63,348 nucleotides of DNA, filler included, from Octopus bimaculoides (GCF_001194135.2; 4 parts of 4 records of this genome joined end to end with filler, not necessarily neighbours in it); one strand, 5' to 3'. Counted from the first letter of the whole stretch, positions 23,971-36,338 are shown. The notes: a model not told the origin generated them from the sequence alone. Made by a program: numbers and translations.

Positions 23971-24187
23971 CAAGGAGGTGCTGAAAAGTTCCTAGCTTTA
24001 AGACTATGCCTAAAGGCCTAGCTGGAGTTCCAAACTTCTGAGTTCTTTTACAGGGCTTAGAAAAACTGAAGGATTGCTGCAATAAGTGTGTAAATTTGAG
24101 ATTGGAATATGTTGAATAAAATCATAATTAACTGATCCACCTTTATTTTCCCTTTTACCCCAAGACAGGAACTTTTCAGCATCCTTC
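23971..24187 (+). mobile_element. Mariner-derived MITE (about 215 bp)
   Basis: TIR gaggtgctgaaaagttcct / aggaacttttcagcatcct; second copy reversed at 41455-41674. Confidence 0.8.
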
Positions 24188-24358
24188 NNNNNNNNNNNNN
24201 NNNNNNNNNNNNNNNNNNNNNNNNNNNNNNNTTAATTAATTAANNNNNNNNNNNNNNNNNNNNNNNNNNNNNNNNNNNNNNNNNNNNTATATATATATAT
24301 ATATATATATTTATGTATATGTGTACGTCTATTTATATTTGCATGGAATTATTATATA

Positions 24359-25616
24359 CAGGGTGCGTAATGTATTTAAGAACATACGTTATTTTAGTCA
24401 TTGCTGCATTTTTTCCTAAATCTATATAATATTCGTTTCAGAAAATAATAATTGCAGACCATCAACTCACTCAAGAAATGAAGAGGCATGCTGTTATAGT
24501 GGTTATAAATGCTGAGTATAGCGATTAGAAATATCTCGATTTGTAAAAGTTGCCTGATCTTTCGTCTACGAAGTGTGTAAGGAGTTTGAGATTGAAGACG
24601 AAAACGTATCACCAGTATCAAAGTATTAAAAAACATTCTAAACGATCTGAAATCATCAGAACACCTGAATTTATCCAGCAATTCACCAGACCATTGATTA
24701 CAATCCCAGAACGTCTATGAGGCCAATTGCAAAAGACCTCAATGTGTCAGAAGGAACAGTCAGAAATGTTGTCCACGAAGACATCAGGTATAAGACATAT
24801 ATGAGGAAAAAAGGTCTATTAGTCAGAAAAAGCAAAAGAAAATCACTACATCACATCTAAAATGCTCTTAAACAAACTGAAAGATCCTGCAGAAGAAGAT
24901 TTGGTTTGGTTTTTCTTTAACGAGGAAACTTCGACGAAGAGCAAAAGGTTAACACAAGAAATGACACATGGTTATGTGCAGACCCTTCTGAAGTTCCAAG
25001 TCTTATGCATACAAAATTTCTGCAACACTCATGGTTTTAGGGGTTGTCAGCAATGAAGGAGATGTGATGCCTCCATACTTCTTTCCATAAGGCCTTAGAG
25101 GTAACTCTGCCGCCTACATTGATGTCCTGGAAATAATTGTTAAGCCCTGGATAGACAATGTATGCAAAGGAAAGTCATATGTGTTTCAGTAAGACTCTGC
25201 ACTATCACACATGGCTCTAGTAACACAGGAATGGATGGCTGAAAATTCTCATGATCACATAGTCCTTAACTTTTGGCCCCCTAATTCCTCAGGTCTCAAT
25301 CCATTGGACTATTATATGTGGAGCGTTGTTGAGAGAGAGGTCGATGAACACGTCAGTAACACCAAAGATTCTATGAAAGCTGTTATAGTCAGAGTAATGT
25401 CAAAAATGAACAAGAACCACTTGATTCGAGTATGTAGATTATTTAGATCTCATATAGGAGCATTTGGTGAAGCTGAAGGTGGCTTTTTTAAATAACATTC
25501 TAGGAAAGATGGCTTATTGTTATCCTCGTAGCATTTTTTGATAAAGTTATCTGTTATTATATATCTATTTTTTTTATAAATATAAATTCTGTCCTCAAAT
25601 ATCTTACACGCTCTCA
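24359..25616 (+). mobile_element. Near full-length decayed DD37D (maT) Tc1/mariner element
   Basis: MKRHAVI start, RTPEF, VWFF, VFQ*DSA...WPPNSSGLNPLDYYMW with 37 residues between the second and third D; ends AEGGFFK*; degenerate 26-bp TIRs. Confidence 0.88.
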
Positions 25617-25780
25617 ATATACGTGTGTTTAAGCCTGAATGTGTTTATATATATATATATATATNNNNNNNNNNNNNNNNNNNNNNNNNNNNNNNNNNNN
25701 NNNNNNNNNNNNNNNNNNNNNNNNNNNNNNNNNNNNNNNNNNNNNNNNNNNNNNNNNNNNNNNNNNNNNNNATATACATA

Positions 25781-27389
25781 CTAGTAGAGATGCCCACCGT
25801 TGCTCGGGATTAAAATAGTATAGCTTGTATATATATTAAAGTTATGTGGAAGCAGGTGCAGCATTAACGACAAAACATTTATGGAGTAAATGATGGGGTA
25901 ATTCGAATAAGCAAAACGCTTTTCGTCCGTTTCGAGTATTCCAGGCCATTACCTGTCATGGCAAGTTGGGGAGGGGGTATTTAAATTTTTAACGCACCAA
26001 AAATTTGTCATTGGATATGCTCTTTTTGTGGCAGTCAGCGCTAAGTCTAACACGACTCATCGTCTGATGTTTTGACACCTTCTTCGGGTTTGTTGTCCTA
26101 CATCACTTATAACGTAAATTTGGAGGAAGTGCGGTTGTTCATTTGTGAGTAACAGGGAATTTATCAGGTGATAGACTTACCCTTGAACTTTGAACGTCGA
26201 CGTAAATCGATGTTCAACTATCTCCTTAGATGGACCAAGCGATGTCAGATTGAACGTAGAGTTCTATTGTCTGATATTGTTCACAAAGCCCTTTCACTGG
26301 ATGGAAGTGCTTTCCGGAAGATCTATAAGAGGTTGAGGAGGAGCTGGTATTACTGGCTATCTTATCTTACCGCCAGAGCAGCACATGCTACTATTTTCAT
26401 TTCGAAGTTTTAAATCTTTGCAGGAACGACAATTTGAGTGTAGTACACCAATTTGGACAAAATTATCATTTTTATAAAAATGGGATGGATTATAATTGAA
26501 AACAGCTCCAAGGGTTGTGAAGAACAACTTTGTGCGTAGTCTGTTTCTGAGAGCTATTTTATTGGACCTCTGTCTAATCATCAAAACCTTGTTTAATGAT
26601 CCAGCGTTAAGTACTGCAGCATGCATTTGCTGATCTTGGGAAAGTCTCACCTTCCTTCTGTCTTGGGACTCCATTTGACGTGTTGCAGCATGAGTTTGCT
26701 TATTTGGAAAAGTTTCATCTCTCTTCTCTCTTGCGGCTCCATTTGTTATGCTGCTCTATGCGTTCGCTGATCTTGGCTAAGTTTCATCTCGCTTGATAAA
26801 TTTATTAATATATATGTATTAAGCACATGTATAATATGTTAAATTTATACAACTGCCGCGATAATTATTAATTAGTAATTGAACGGTAAATGTGTAAATA
26901 GATATACGCTGGACCTGGCACCTCATTATTTTTTGTCAAGCGTTTCATATACAGCCTTTCGTTATGTCAGTAAACACACATACACAGATACACCACTCCG
27001 CTGTCTTAGCCGTAAAAACCGAATGCTGCCGATGCGTATGGTATTCACGTTAGGATATAAATTACTCATTTACTTTAAATAAAATAGAAATAAGATGATC
27101 TTAGCTTTATCACATTAGAATTAAAAGTAAAAGAATAAAAGTGAAACAGCCGAATAGTCTTATCACATTAAAATTAAAAGTGAAAGAATAAAAGTGAAAC
27201 TATTATATCACATTACAATATAGATCTTATTATTTCACTTTTGACACATAAGACGTTACCAGTGCCAATGTCATATTGTTTTTATCCAAATTAAAAAATT
27301 ATATGTTGACACTCACGGGGTTTGATACTATTACCATGTAAAATTTTATCTGATTTGGTCAAGCCATTTGCGAATACATAGGGAAAAGA

Positions 27390-27425
<36 letters not shown>

Positions 27426-27510
27426 TAGAGAGAGAGAGACAGAGAGAGGGGAGAGAGAGGGAGAGAGAGAGAAATAGGAAGTGGTATATAATAATAATAT
27501 GTATGTATAT
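25781..27510 (-). mobile_element. Internally deleted Helitron
   Basis: 3' CTAG with upstream cccgagcaacggtggg hairpin; FNYNP..IG..CRSCKDLKLRNENSSMCCSGGK and NNIRQ*NSTFNLTSLG..FKVQG*VYH..FLQIY match the Helitron Rep-upstream region; (GA)n near the 5' end. Confidence 0.8.
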
Positions 27511-27689
27511 ATATANNNNNNNNNNNNNNNNNNNNNNNNNNNNNNNNNNNNNNNNNNNNTTAATTAATTAANNNNNNNNNNNNNNNNNNNNNNNNNNNNN
27601 NNNNNNNNNNNNNNNATAATACAAAGAATATATATACATGTATACACACATATATGTACATACTTACATCTACATGTGTATATACATGC

Positions 27690-28790
27690 ATATCAGGGTA
27701 CAGGACGTTAGAACAATAAACTACAGACAACGGAACGAACACATAGGAAAACGGAAAGCCCCTTGGAATATCCCTTCATCAGCTGTCTCTATTCTATCCA
27801 GACGCCTCGAAGACCAGGGGGATGGGAGAGAGGGCAGGTTCAACGCTGGTTAGTATTGACATAGCTCAGTTGTTCAGGTTAAACCTGGCATTGATGCTTT
27901 CATTTTCAGTTGGAAGCGCATACTTTCTCACAGAATATACTTTAGGTGCCTTGTGAATGTTTTGACCTATTTCCTCATTCCTGGTAGCCACGATGTCTAA
28001 AAACCAGTGACCTGTAACTTACGTCCCAAGATTTAGTAACAGATATTATTACAATGGCAGAAGAAGAGGAGATGGTACGCTCGCAGTGATAAGTTTCTGA
28101 GAGCTTTCTGAACTAAGGCAGTCTAGAAAAATATGATCTCAGAAATTTTTTGAAGCGTCCGTAGTGGACTTGTAGCCTTTCAGCTTTCATTTCAATATTT
28201 TATCCCCGTGGTTATTTTGCTCGTATTTCTATTAAAGGTTATGTTCCTACTTGAACAGCTAGTACTCTTGCAACAGTATAAATACTTTCCCATGGGTATT
28301 GGATGCTTAATGCCGTATCTCTGCTAAGTATTTGCACAGTGGTTTGATGATTGAAAGAAACCAATAATATATTTGCATAGATTACTTGTTTCTTTTGTAT
28401 ACAGAGTGCATGGGGTATTTGAGGACATCATCTCTTCAAATCGATAGTAACCGAATTTCTAATTCAACAGATATATGTTCCAGAAATTGTCGATAATGGC
28501 ACCTTTGTCCGAGACTGTTCTCAACAGCTCAACCACTTCCCGGCTGATGCAGCTGGAAATGTTCCACGTCTGCAGATAGTGGCAATAGACGTCTGTCATG
28601 GGAGAGGTGACTAGGTCTAGCATATCCATAAAACTCATAAAACAGATCATCCAAACAAGGCGATTTACTCCTTGCACAATCATTCATTTTCAATTGCGTA
28701 TTAGTTGGTATTGTAGGCTTTTCGCTATATTTCCTCTCTGCTGAGACTCGCAGCAGGATGTCGAACGAGATACTAAAGCTCGCTGTGTCT
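27690..28790 (-). mobile_element. Tx1/L1-clade LINE RT fragment, heavily decayed
   Basis: CARSKSPCLDDLFYEFY..MLDL..DVYC..SCISREVVELLR..DKGAIIDNF..LLN; parallels 38395-38560. Confidence 0.7.
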
Positions 28791-28859
28791 AGTCCACTAG
28801 TATCCCCAAAATGTTTGGAGAAATACGGCTGAAAAACAGCACGCTTCTACCAAATATTC

Positions 28860-29263
28860 TTTACTCTTTTACTCTTTTACTTGTTTCAGTCATTTGACTG
28901 CGGCCATGCTGGAGCACCGCTTTTAGTCGAGCAAATCGACCCCAGGACTTATTCTTTGTAAGCCTGGTACTTATTCTATCGGACCCTTTTGCCGAACCGC
29001 TAAGTTACGGGGACGTAAACACACCAGCATCGGTTGTCAAGCGATTTTGGAGGGACAAACACAGACACACAAACACACACATATATATATGCATATACAT
29101 ATATACGACGGGCTTCTTTCAGTTTCCGTCTATCAAATCCACTAACAAAGCTTTGGTCGGCCCGAGGATATAGTAGAAGACACTTGCCCAAGGTGCCACG
29201 CAGTGGGACTGAGCCCGGAGCCATGTGGTTGGTAAGCAAGCTACTTACCACACAGCCACTCCT
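28860..29263 (-). mobile_element. SINE family B, full length
   Basis: Reverse strand aggagtggctgtgtggtaag head, gggctcagtcccact B box, internal microsatellite, (gagtaaa)n tail. Confidence 0.92.
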
Positions 29264-30189
29264 CATATTTTCTCTCTTTGCTGATGTGCCATACGTACTC
29301 CACAGATCTTTTGTACACTTTTTGGGCTGCCCAGGGGCAAAGTTACCCATCCTCGTGGATTTCCCGTACGCAAATCTGTAGTAAATAGTTCTTTTGGGGT
29401 TTTGTTTTTCCCCTCTACTCTGGCAAAGTGATTATGTCAGACTCTAATATGCAGTCATTTGTCTGAATGCCTTTTTAATTATAAGCAAATCTGCTGCTTA
29501 TCAGTGCGTGGCTTTATCTAACAACATTAATTTATTTATTGCTGGTGGCGACGGTAATAGCAGAAGAGCTATGTTGGGAGGTGGCGCTTCGTCTTCCAAT
29601 AGCTGGTTTGGCTGTCGTCTCTGTTGATCTGCTTGCATGCATTTCAAAGCTATTGTGTAGATGCTGTTATTGTTGTTTTTGCAGCTCGGGTTAAATTGCG
29701 TGCTGTTCTTGACACTACTGTTGCTGCCATGATCAGACGTGACGATAGCGAGGAGCATTATTTTCTGTTATTAATGTTTTTACCAGTCTTTGAACCAAAA
29801 GAGGGAAATTCTTGTTTTTGATAATGAAGTGGAGTTTCCCCGCCATTCACTTCACCTTCTTGTATTTTCTCTTGCTTTTCACCCCCTCCTCATCGTTACA
29901 CACGACACCATTTGTGACTATGATCGTGTTATAACATAATTTGTCAACAAATATATTTTGTATAAATTGGTTAGGTCGTTTATAAGAACCTATGAAAGAA
30001 AATAGCCACATCTCTCTCCCCATGGTCACACCACAATAAAACACGCAACGGAAAAGTACAGAAATAACATTTTAAATATGTAAACTAAAAACAATTGTTT
30101 TCAAACTTACAAAACGGCAAAAAACGTGACGCGCTGATAAGCAATGTAAACAATAAAATTAAACAATATATAGTGATAATATTTTCTAC

Positions 30190-30580
30190 TAAAGACACAA
30201 GGCCTGAGATTTGGTGAGAGAGGATAAGTTGATTGTATTGACCCCAATGTTTCATTGATACTTAATTTATCGACCCCGAAAGGATGAAAGGCAAAGTCGA
30301 CCTTGGCGGAATTTGAACTCAGAACGTAAGGATGAACGAAATGTCGCTAAGCATTTTGCCCGGAGTGATAACGATTCTGCCAGCTCACCGCCTTAATAAT
30401 CTTTTCTACCATAGGCACAACGCCTGTGCTTCGCTAGTACTTGATTTATCGACCCCCAAAGGATGAAAGACAAAGTCGACCTTGGCGGAATTTGAACTCA
30501 GAACGTAAGGATGAACGAAATGTCGCTAAGCATTTTGCCTGGCGGGCTAACGATTCTGCTAGTTCGCCACCTTAATAATA
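30190..30580 (-). mobile_element. Tandem pair of family-A SINE heads
   Basis: About 140 bp repeated at 30258-30398 and 30436-30575 with shared diagnostic cgtaaggatgaacgaaatgtcgc. Confidence 0.85.
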
Positions 30581-30887
30581 ATAATTCAATTATTAGCAAA
30601 ACTAATCCTTCCTATATTTTAAACTTTTAACATTCTGCAATTATGGAGATAAAGACAAAAGTAACTAGAGAGCGAAGGTGAAAGTCTAACATTTCAGAAT
30701 TAGAACCATTGAAATGTTTAGACTGAATTAAATAAGTAGATACATTCGTTGATCGCTGAAAAATAACTTTATGTCGAAAATTCGTTGTATACAAGAGAAG
30801 CAGTATTAGATGAAAATAGTCATTTATGTATCATAATTAATGTAAATACATAGGGACTGAAAAACAGCACACTTCTACCAAATATTC

Positions 30888-31249
30888 TTTACTCTTTTAC
30901 TCTTTTATTTGTTTCAGTCATTTGACTGCGACCATGCTGGAGCACTACCTTTAGTCGAGCAAATCGACCCCAGGACTTATTCTTTGTAAGCCTAGTACTT
31001 ATTCTATCGGACCCTTTTGCCGAACCGCTAAGTTACGGGGACGTAAGCACACCAGCATCGGTTGTCAAGCGATGCTGGGGGACAAACACATACACATGCA
31101 CACACATACACACACACATACACACACACATATATACATATATATACATATATACGACGCGCAGTAGAAGACACATGCCCAAGGTGCCACGCAGTGGGCC
31201 TGAACCCGGAACCATGTGGTTGGTAAGCAAGCTACTTACTACACAGCCG
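30888..31249 (-). mobile_element. SINE family B with internal deletion
   Basis: Collinear with 28860-29263 but lacks about 60 bp before agtagaagacac. Confidence 0.9.
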
Positions 31250-31526
31250 CGCGTTCATGCGTGTGCATATGTACACATGTGTATGTTATGTGTGTGCGTA
31301 AGTACGTATGTGTGTGTGTGCTTGCCGCCAGTACCAAAACGTACTGTTGACAAAACAGGTTGAATACCTAGTCAACCGTGCCAAATCTCAGCGTCCAAAC
31401 AGCCAAGTCTAACTGTCTCATTCCGATCTTAGAATGCTTGTCATTGGGTTCCAGTTACTGATATTTAGAGAGTGGAATACATGTCGTGAAAGCGTATACC
31501 ACTTTAATCCAATAACGTTGTTGTTG

Positions 31527-31823
31527 TTGGCACTCCATCGCGTACGACGTCGAGGGTTCCAGTTGATCCGATCAACGGAACAGCCTGCTCGTGAAATTAA
31601 CGTGCAAGTGGCTGAGCACTCCACAGACACGTGTACCCTTAACGTAATTCTCGGGGATATTCAGCGTGACACAGTGTGACAAGGCTGACCCTTTGAATTA
31701 CAGGCACAACAGAAACAAGAAGTTGTGGTGAAAGAGTACAGCAGGGTTCGCCACCACCCCTGCCGGAGCCTCGTGGAGCTTTTAGGTGTTTTCGCTCAAT
31801 AAACACTCACAACGCCCGGTCTG
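31527..31823 (-). mobile_element. SINE family C, truncated by gap
   Basis: Reverse complement of 12558-12938; another gap-truncated copy at 33630-33837. Confidence 0.88.
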
Positions 31824-32294
31824 NNNNNNNNNNNNNNNNNNNNNNNNNNNNNNNNNNNNNNNNNNNNNNNNNNNNNNNNNNNNNNNNNNNNNNNNNNNNN
31901 NNNNNNNNNNNNNNNNNNNNNNNNNNNNNNNNNNNNNNNNNNNNNNNNNNNNNNNNNNNNNNNNNNNNNNNNNNNNNNNNNNNNNNNNNNNNNNNNNNNN
32001 NNNNNNNNNNNNNNNNNNNNNNNNNNNNNNNNNNNNNNNNNNNNNNNNNNNNNNNNNNNNNNNNNNNNNNNNNNNNNNNNNNNNNNNNNNNNNNNNNNNN
32101 NNNNNNNNNNNNNNNNNNNNNNNNNNNNNNNNNNNNNNNNNNNNNNNNNNNNNNNNNNNNNNNNNNNNNNNNNNNNNNNNNNNNNNNNNNNNNNNNNNNN
32201 NNNNNNNNNNNNNNNNNNNNNNNNNNNNNNNNNNNNNNNNNNNNNNNNNNNNNNNNNNNNNNNNNNNNNNNNNNNNNNNNNNNNNNNNNNNNNN

Positions 32295-32662
32295 GACTGT
32301 GGCCATGCTGGAGCACCGCCTTTAGTCGAGCAAATCGACCCCAGGACTTATTCTTTGGAAGCCTAGTACTTATTCTTTCGGTCTCTTTTGCCGAGCCGCT
32401 AAGTTACGGGGACGTAAACACACCAGCATCGGTTGTCAAGCGATGTTGGAGGCACAAACACAGACACACAAACACATACACACATACATATATATATATA
32501 CATATATACGACAGGCTTCTTTCAGTTTCCGTCTACCAAATCCACTCACAAGGCTTTGGTCGGCCCGAGGCTATAGTAGAAGGCACTTGCCCAAGATGCC
32601 ACGCAGTGGGACTAAACCCGGGACCATGTGGTTTGTAAGCAAGCTACTTACCACACAGCCAC
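32295..32662 (-). mobile_element. SINE family B
   Basis: Same sequence as 28860-29263; begins at the gap edge. Confidence 0.9.
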
Positions 32663-32789
32663 TCATATATATTTATATATATATATGATATAAATATGTA
32701 TGTATAAAGTAGTAGTAGTAGTAGTAGTAGATTTGCATACCTAGCTTAAATAAGGAAAGGATTGTTGAATACTAACTAGAGGGAACATG

Positions 32790-33060
32790 TCTGAAAGTTT
32801 TCTGTGCACACACACACACACACATTCTCTATCTCTCTTTCTAATTTTCTTACTTTCTTTCTTCTTCACACATATGCGCGCGCGCACACACACATACACA
32901 TACACCCCCACATGTGCACACACACATACACCCTCCCCCCCCACACATACATCTCCCACACACTCACTACACGCTCTTTCTCTCTCTTTCTCACTCTCTT
33001 TCTCACTCTCTTCCTCTCTCTTTCTCTCTCTTTCTCACTCTCTTTCTCTCTCACACTCTT

Positions 33061-33097
<37 letters not shown>

Positions 33098-33135
33098 AGC
33101 AGGCACATACACAGAAACACAAACACGCGCGCACA

Positions 33136-33166
<31 letters not shown>

Positions 33167-33370
33167 CTTCTCTCTCTCTCCTCTCACTAACGTGCGCACA
33201 CAAATACTTCCGCTTTATTTTTCTCTCTCTTTCTCTCACTCACACACAATGACACACACTCACTCACACACACTGACTACATACACTCAGACTCACACAC
33301 ACGTATACAGGCACGCACGTACACACACGCACACATACACACGCACACACGCACACACAAACACATATGC
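32790..33370. repeat. Compound (CA)n/(CT)n microsatellite block
   Basis: Direct reading; source of the HT/SL-repeat ORFs. Confidence 0.95.
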
Positions 33371-33586
33371 AACGACTGTATTCCAGATTGCGTTCAATGT
33401 CATACCAAACGATTAAGACAAAACCTTGATCGCAAACACAACTGTGTGATTAAGAAATTCACATCGCAAACATGTGTTTCCGATTTTGATCTTCTACGCA
33501 GCACTATGGATAACTACCATAGTTATGTCTTGCATGTGCAGTTTGATAGAGAGAGAAACGGTGCAGAAACCTGCTCACTCTCTCTA

Positions 33587-33619
<33 letters not shown>

Positions 33620-34778
33620 TTTTTTTGTTTGGCACTCCATCGCTTACGACGTCGAGGGTTCCAGTTGATCCGATCAACGGAACAGCCTGCTCGTGAAATT
33701 AACGTGCAAGTGGCTGAGCACTCCACAGACACGTGTACCCTTAACGTAGTTCTCGGAGATATTCAGCGTGACACAGTGTGACAAGGCTGACCCTTTGAAT
33801 TACAGGCACAACAGAAACAGGAAGTAAGAGTGAGAGANNNNNNNNNNNNNNNNNNNNNNNNNNNNNNNNNNNNNNNNNNNNNNNNNNNNNNNNNNNNNNN
33901 NNNNNNNNNNNNNNNNNNNNNNNNNNNNNNNNNNNNNNNNNNNNNNNNNNNNNNNNNNNNNNNNNNNNNNNNNNNNNNNNNNNNNNNNNNNNNNNNNNNN
34001 NNNNNNNNNNNNNNNNNNNNNNNNNNNNNNNNNNNNNNNNNNNNNNNNNNNNNNNNNNNNNNNNNNNNNNNNNNNNNNNNNNNNNNNNNNNNNNNNNNNN
34101 NNNNNNNNNNNNNNNNNNNNNNNNNNNNNNNNNNNNNNNNNNNNNNNNNNNNNNNNNNNNNNNNNNNNNNNNNNNNNNNNNNNNNNNNNNNNNNNNNNNN
34201 NNNNNNNNNNNNNNNNNNNNNNNNNNNNNNNNNNNNNNNNNNNNNNNNNNNNNNNNNNNNNNNNNNNNNNNNNNNNNNNNNNNNNNNNNNNNNNNNNNNN
34301 NNNNNNNNNNNNNNNNNNNNNNNNNNNNNNNNNNNNNNNNNNNNNNNNNNNNNNNNNNNNNNNNNNNNNNNNNNNNNNNNNNNNNNNNNNNNNNNNNNNN
34401 NNNNNNNNNNNNNNNNNNNNNNNNNNNNNNNNNNNNNNNNNNNNNNNNNNNNNNNNNNNNNNNNNNNNNNNNNNNNNNNNNNNNNNNNNNNNNNNNNNNN
34501 NNNNNNNNNNNNNNNNNNNNNNNNNNNNNNNNNNNNNNNNNNNNNNNNNNNNNNNNNNNNNNNNNNNNNNNNNNNNNNNNNNNNNNNNNNNNNNNNNNNN
34601 NNNNNNNNNNNNNNNNNNNNNNNNNNNNNNNNNNNNNNNNNNNNNNNNNNNNNNNNNNNNNNNNNNNNNNNNNNNNNNNNNNNNNNNNNNNNNNNNNNNN
34701 NNNNNNNNNNNNNNNNNNNNNNNNNNNNNNNNNNNNNNNNNNNNNNNNNNNNNNNNNNNNNNNNNNNNNNNNNNNNNN

Positions 34779-34810
<32 letters not shown>

Positions 34811-34812
<2 letters not shown>

Positions 34813-35611
34813 CACAGTGCTTCGCTCGGCGCAGTTGAAAGAAATGCTCGACCAATGGAATACCAGGCGTTTCTTCAGAGCAGCATATAGGCCTGGCGGG
34901 AATGGGATTGTGGAGCATCACCATCGCACAATCAAAGCCATGGCTGAGAGGGGGAAGATTTTTCCCATCGAAGCAGTCTTCTGGTACAATATGTCGCCAA
35001 GTTCAGGACAGGTTGGGAAGACGGTCACGCAAAAGGCTGTGTTTAGGTATGAATGGAGACATCCGAGCGTGGAACCGCGACCCTTTGATGGGAAGAAGAA
35101 CAGTCAGCAAGTGTTCAAATCGGGGAAGAAGTGTGGGTGAAACCATCCCGACGCGCGGTGTACAACTCAGGGGTAGGGGGAGAAAGGGTGAGAGCAGTGA
35201 ACTCTAGTAACAACGAATCGGCGGATGGAATGCCGCGTCACGTCCTAGACGTCAGGAGGGTCTTGAGCTCCACCGGTGACGAAGAACAAAGAGGAGGGGA
35301 GGCTGGCACCGCATCCTTGCGACGATCCCGAGGAGAGCGTCAGCCACCTAAATAGCTGGGAGACTATGAAAGGCATGTATAAGTGATAGTGATTGCTAGA
35401 TTAGTGGGGCGTGTGGTATTGAGCTGAAGTTGTGGTGAAAGCGAAAGTGGGTAGGCTCTGTCGGGAGTCCCTGAGGACGGAAGTAATCAAGAGAGCATGC
35501 GCAGTGGGCACAGGAAGACATCAGAGGGCAAGTGGACTGCGTGAAGGCGGCACGACCAAGAGAAGAGAACGTCCACGTGGGTGGTGAGAGAACGCTCCCT
35601 CCAGATCGACA
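34811..35611 (+). mobile_element. Gypsy-type LTR retrotransposon 3' end (integrase, PPT, putative 200-bp LTR at 35412-35611)
   Basis: RFFRAAYRPGGNGIVEHHHRTIKAMAE integrase core; GPY/F-like WVKP..DGMPRHVLDVRR; R.RQPPK*LGDY; purine tract agtggggcg followed by TG...CA. Confidence 0.8.
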
Positions 35612-35649
35612 AGTAAGAAAGCCTCAATTTTCCTTTTTCCTAATTTCCC

Positions 35650-36135
35650 CTTCGTACCATACCACCCTCTCGGAAAATTTCTTTTCCATAATTCTCTATT
35701 TACTTTGCATCCACAATATCTGAGCGGTATTTGTTGAAAATTTCGTTAAAAAATATAAATTTTTCTAGGAAGTTATGAGGCAACAAAGTCGGGTTAGGGT
35801 ACACATCTGTAGTTATGCAGCTACATCTATCTGTCTATCTAGCTGTGTTAAGGTTATTCGTTTATAAACCGTATAAAACCGGTCTTCTCTCTACCCTCTC
35901 GGAAAAATTATTTCCGATAAATCTCTATTTACTCTGCATCCACAACATCTAAGCGGTATTTGTTGAAAATTTCGTTAGAAAATATACAGTTTTCTGGAAG
36001 TTATGAAGCAACAAAGACGGGTGGGGGTACACAGCTGTAGTTATGCAGCTATAATTATCTGTCTATTTATATCTAGCTAGCTAGCAGTGTTAAGGTTATG
36101 AGTTTATAACCCGTGTGAAACCGGGTCCTTCTGCT
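35650..36135 (+). mobile_element. Tandem duplication of a Helitron-like 3' terminal segment (about 230-bp unit x2)
   Basis: Both units begin ccctctcggaaaa and end in a aaccgtataaaaccgg / aacccgtgtgaaaccggg hairpin. Confidence 0.65.
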
Positions 36136-36338
36136 TGTTGTCTATAAGTATAATTAATCGACATTTTGAAGAAAAATGAAGGCAGCTATAATCAGTATAT
36201 TATTGGATAAAGAAGTTCATTCCAAATTTATTATTCAGTCAAAACAACTATGTCGAAAATAATGTAATTGCTCAATCCCTGTTTTTGTTTTGATAAATTA
36301 CAGTTTCAAGAGTTCGTATAACTTTTTACTTATTCTTG

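Noticed and set aside
24232-24243. TTAATTAATTAA islands inside N runs (also 27560-27571 and 36736-36747)
   Set aside because: An identical 12-mer with stops in all six frames, always embedded in Ns, is a scaffolding spacer and not genomic sequence.
29821-29850. GETPLHY ankyrin-like motif on the minus strand
   Set aside because: Only 7 residues, no helical continuation, a stop follows soon after, and no fitting splice sites.
33763-35140. Long ORFs of 200-436 aa in the track (also 18780-19583, 49417-50551, 57877-58965)
   Set aside because: They are mostly X residues from N gaps or microsatellite translation; only the integrase and LINE parts are real.
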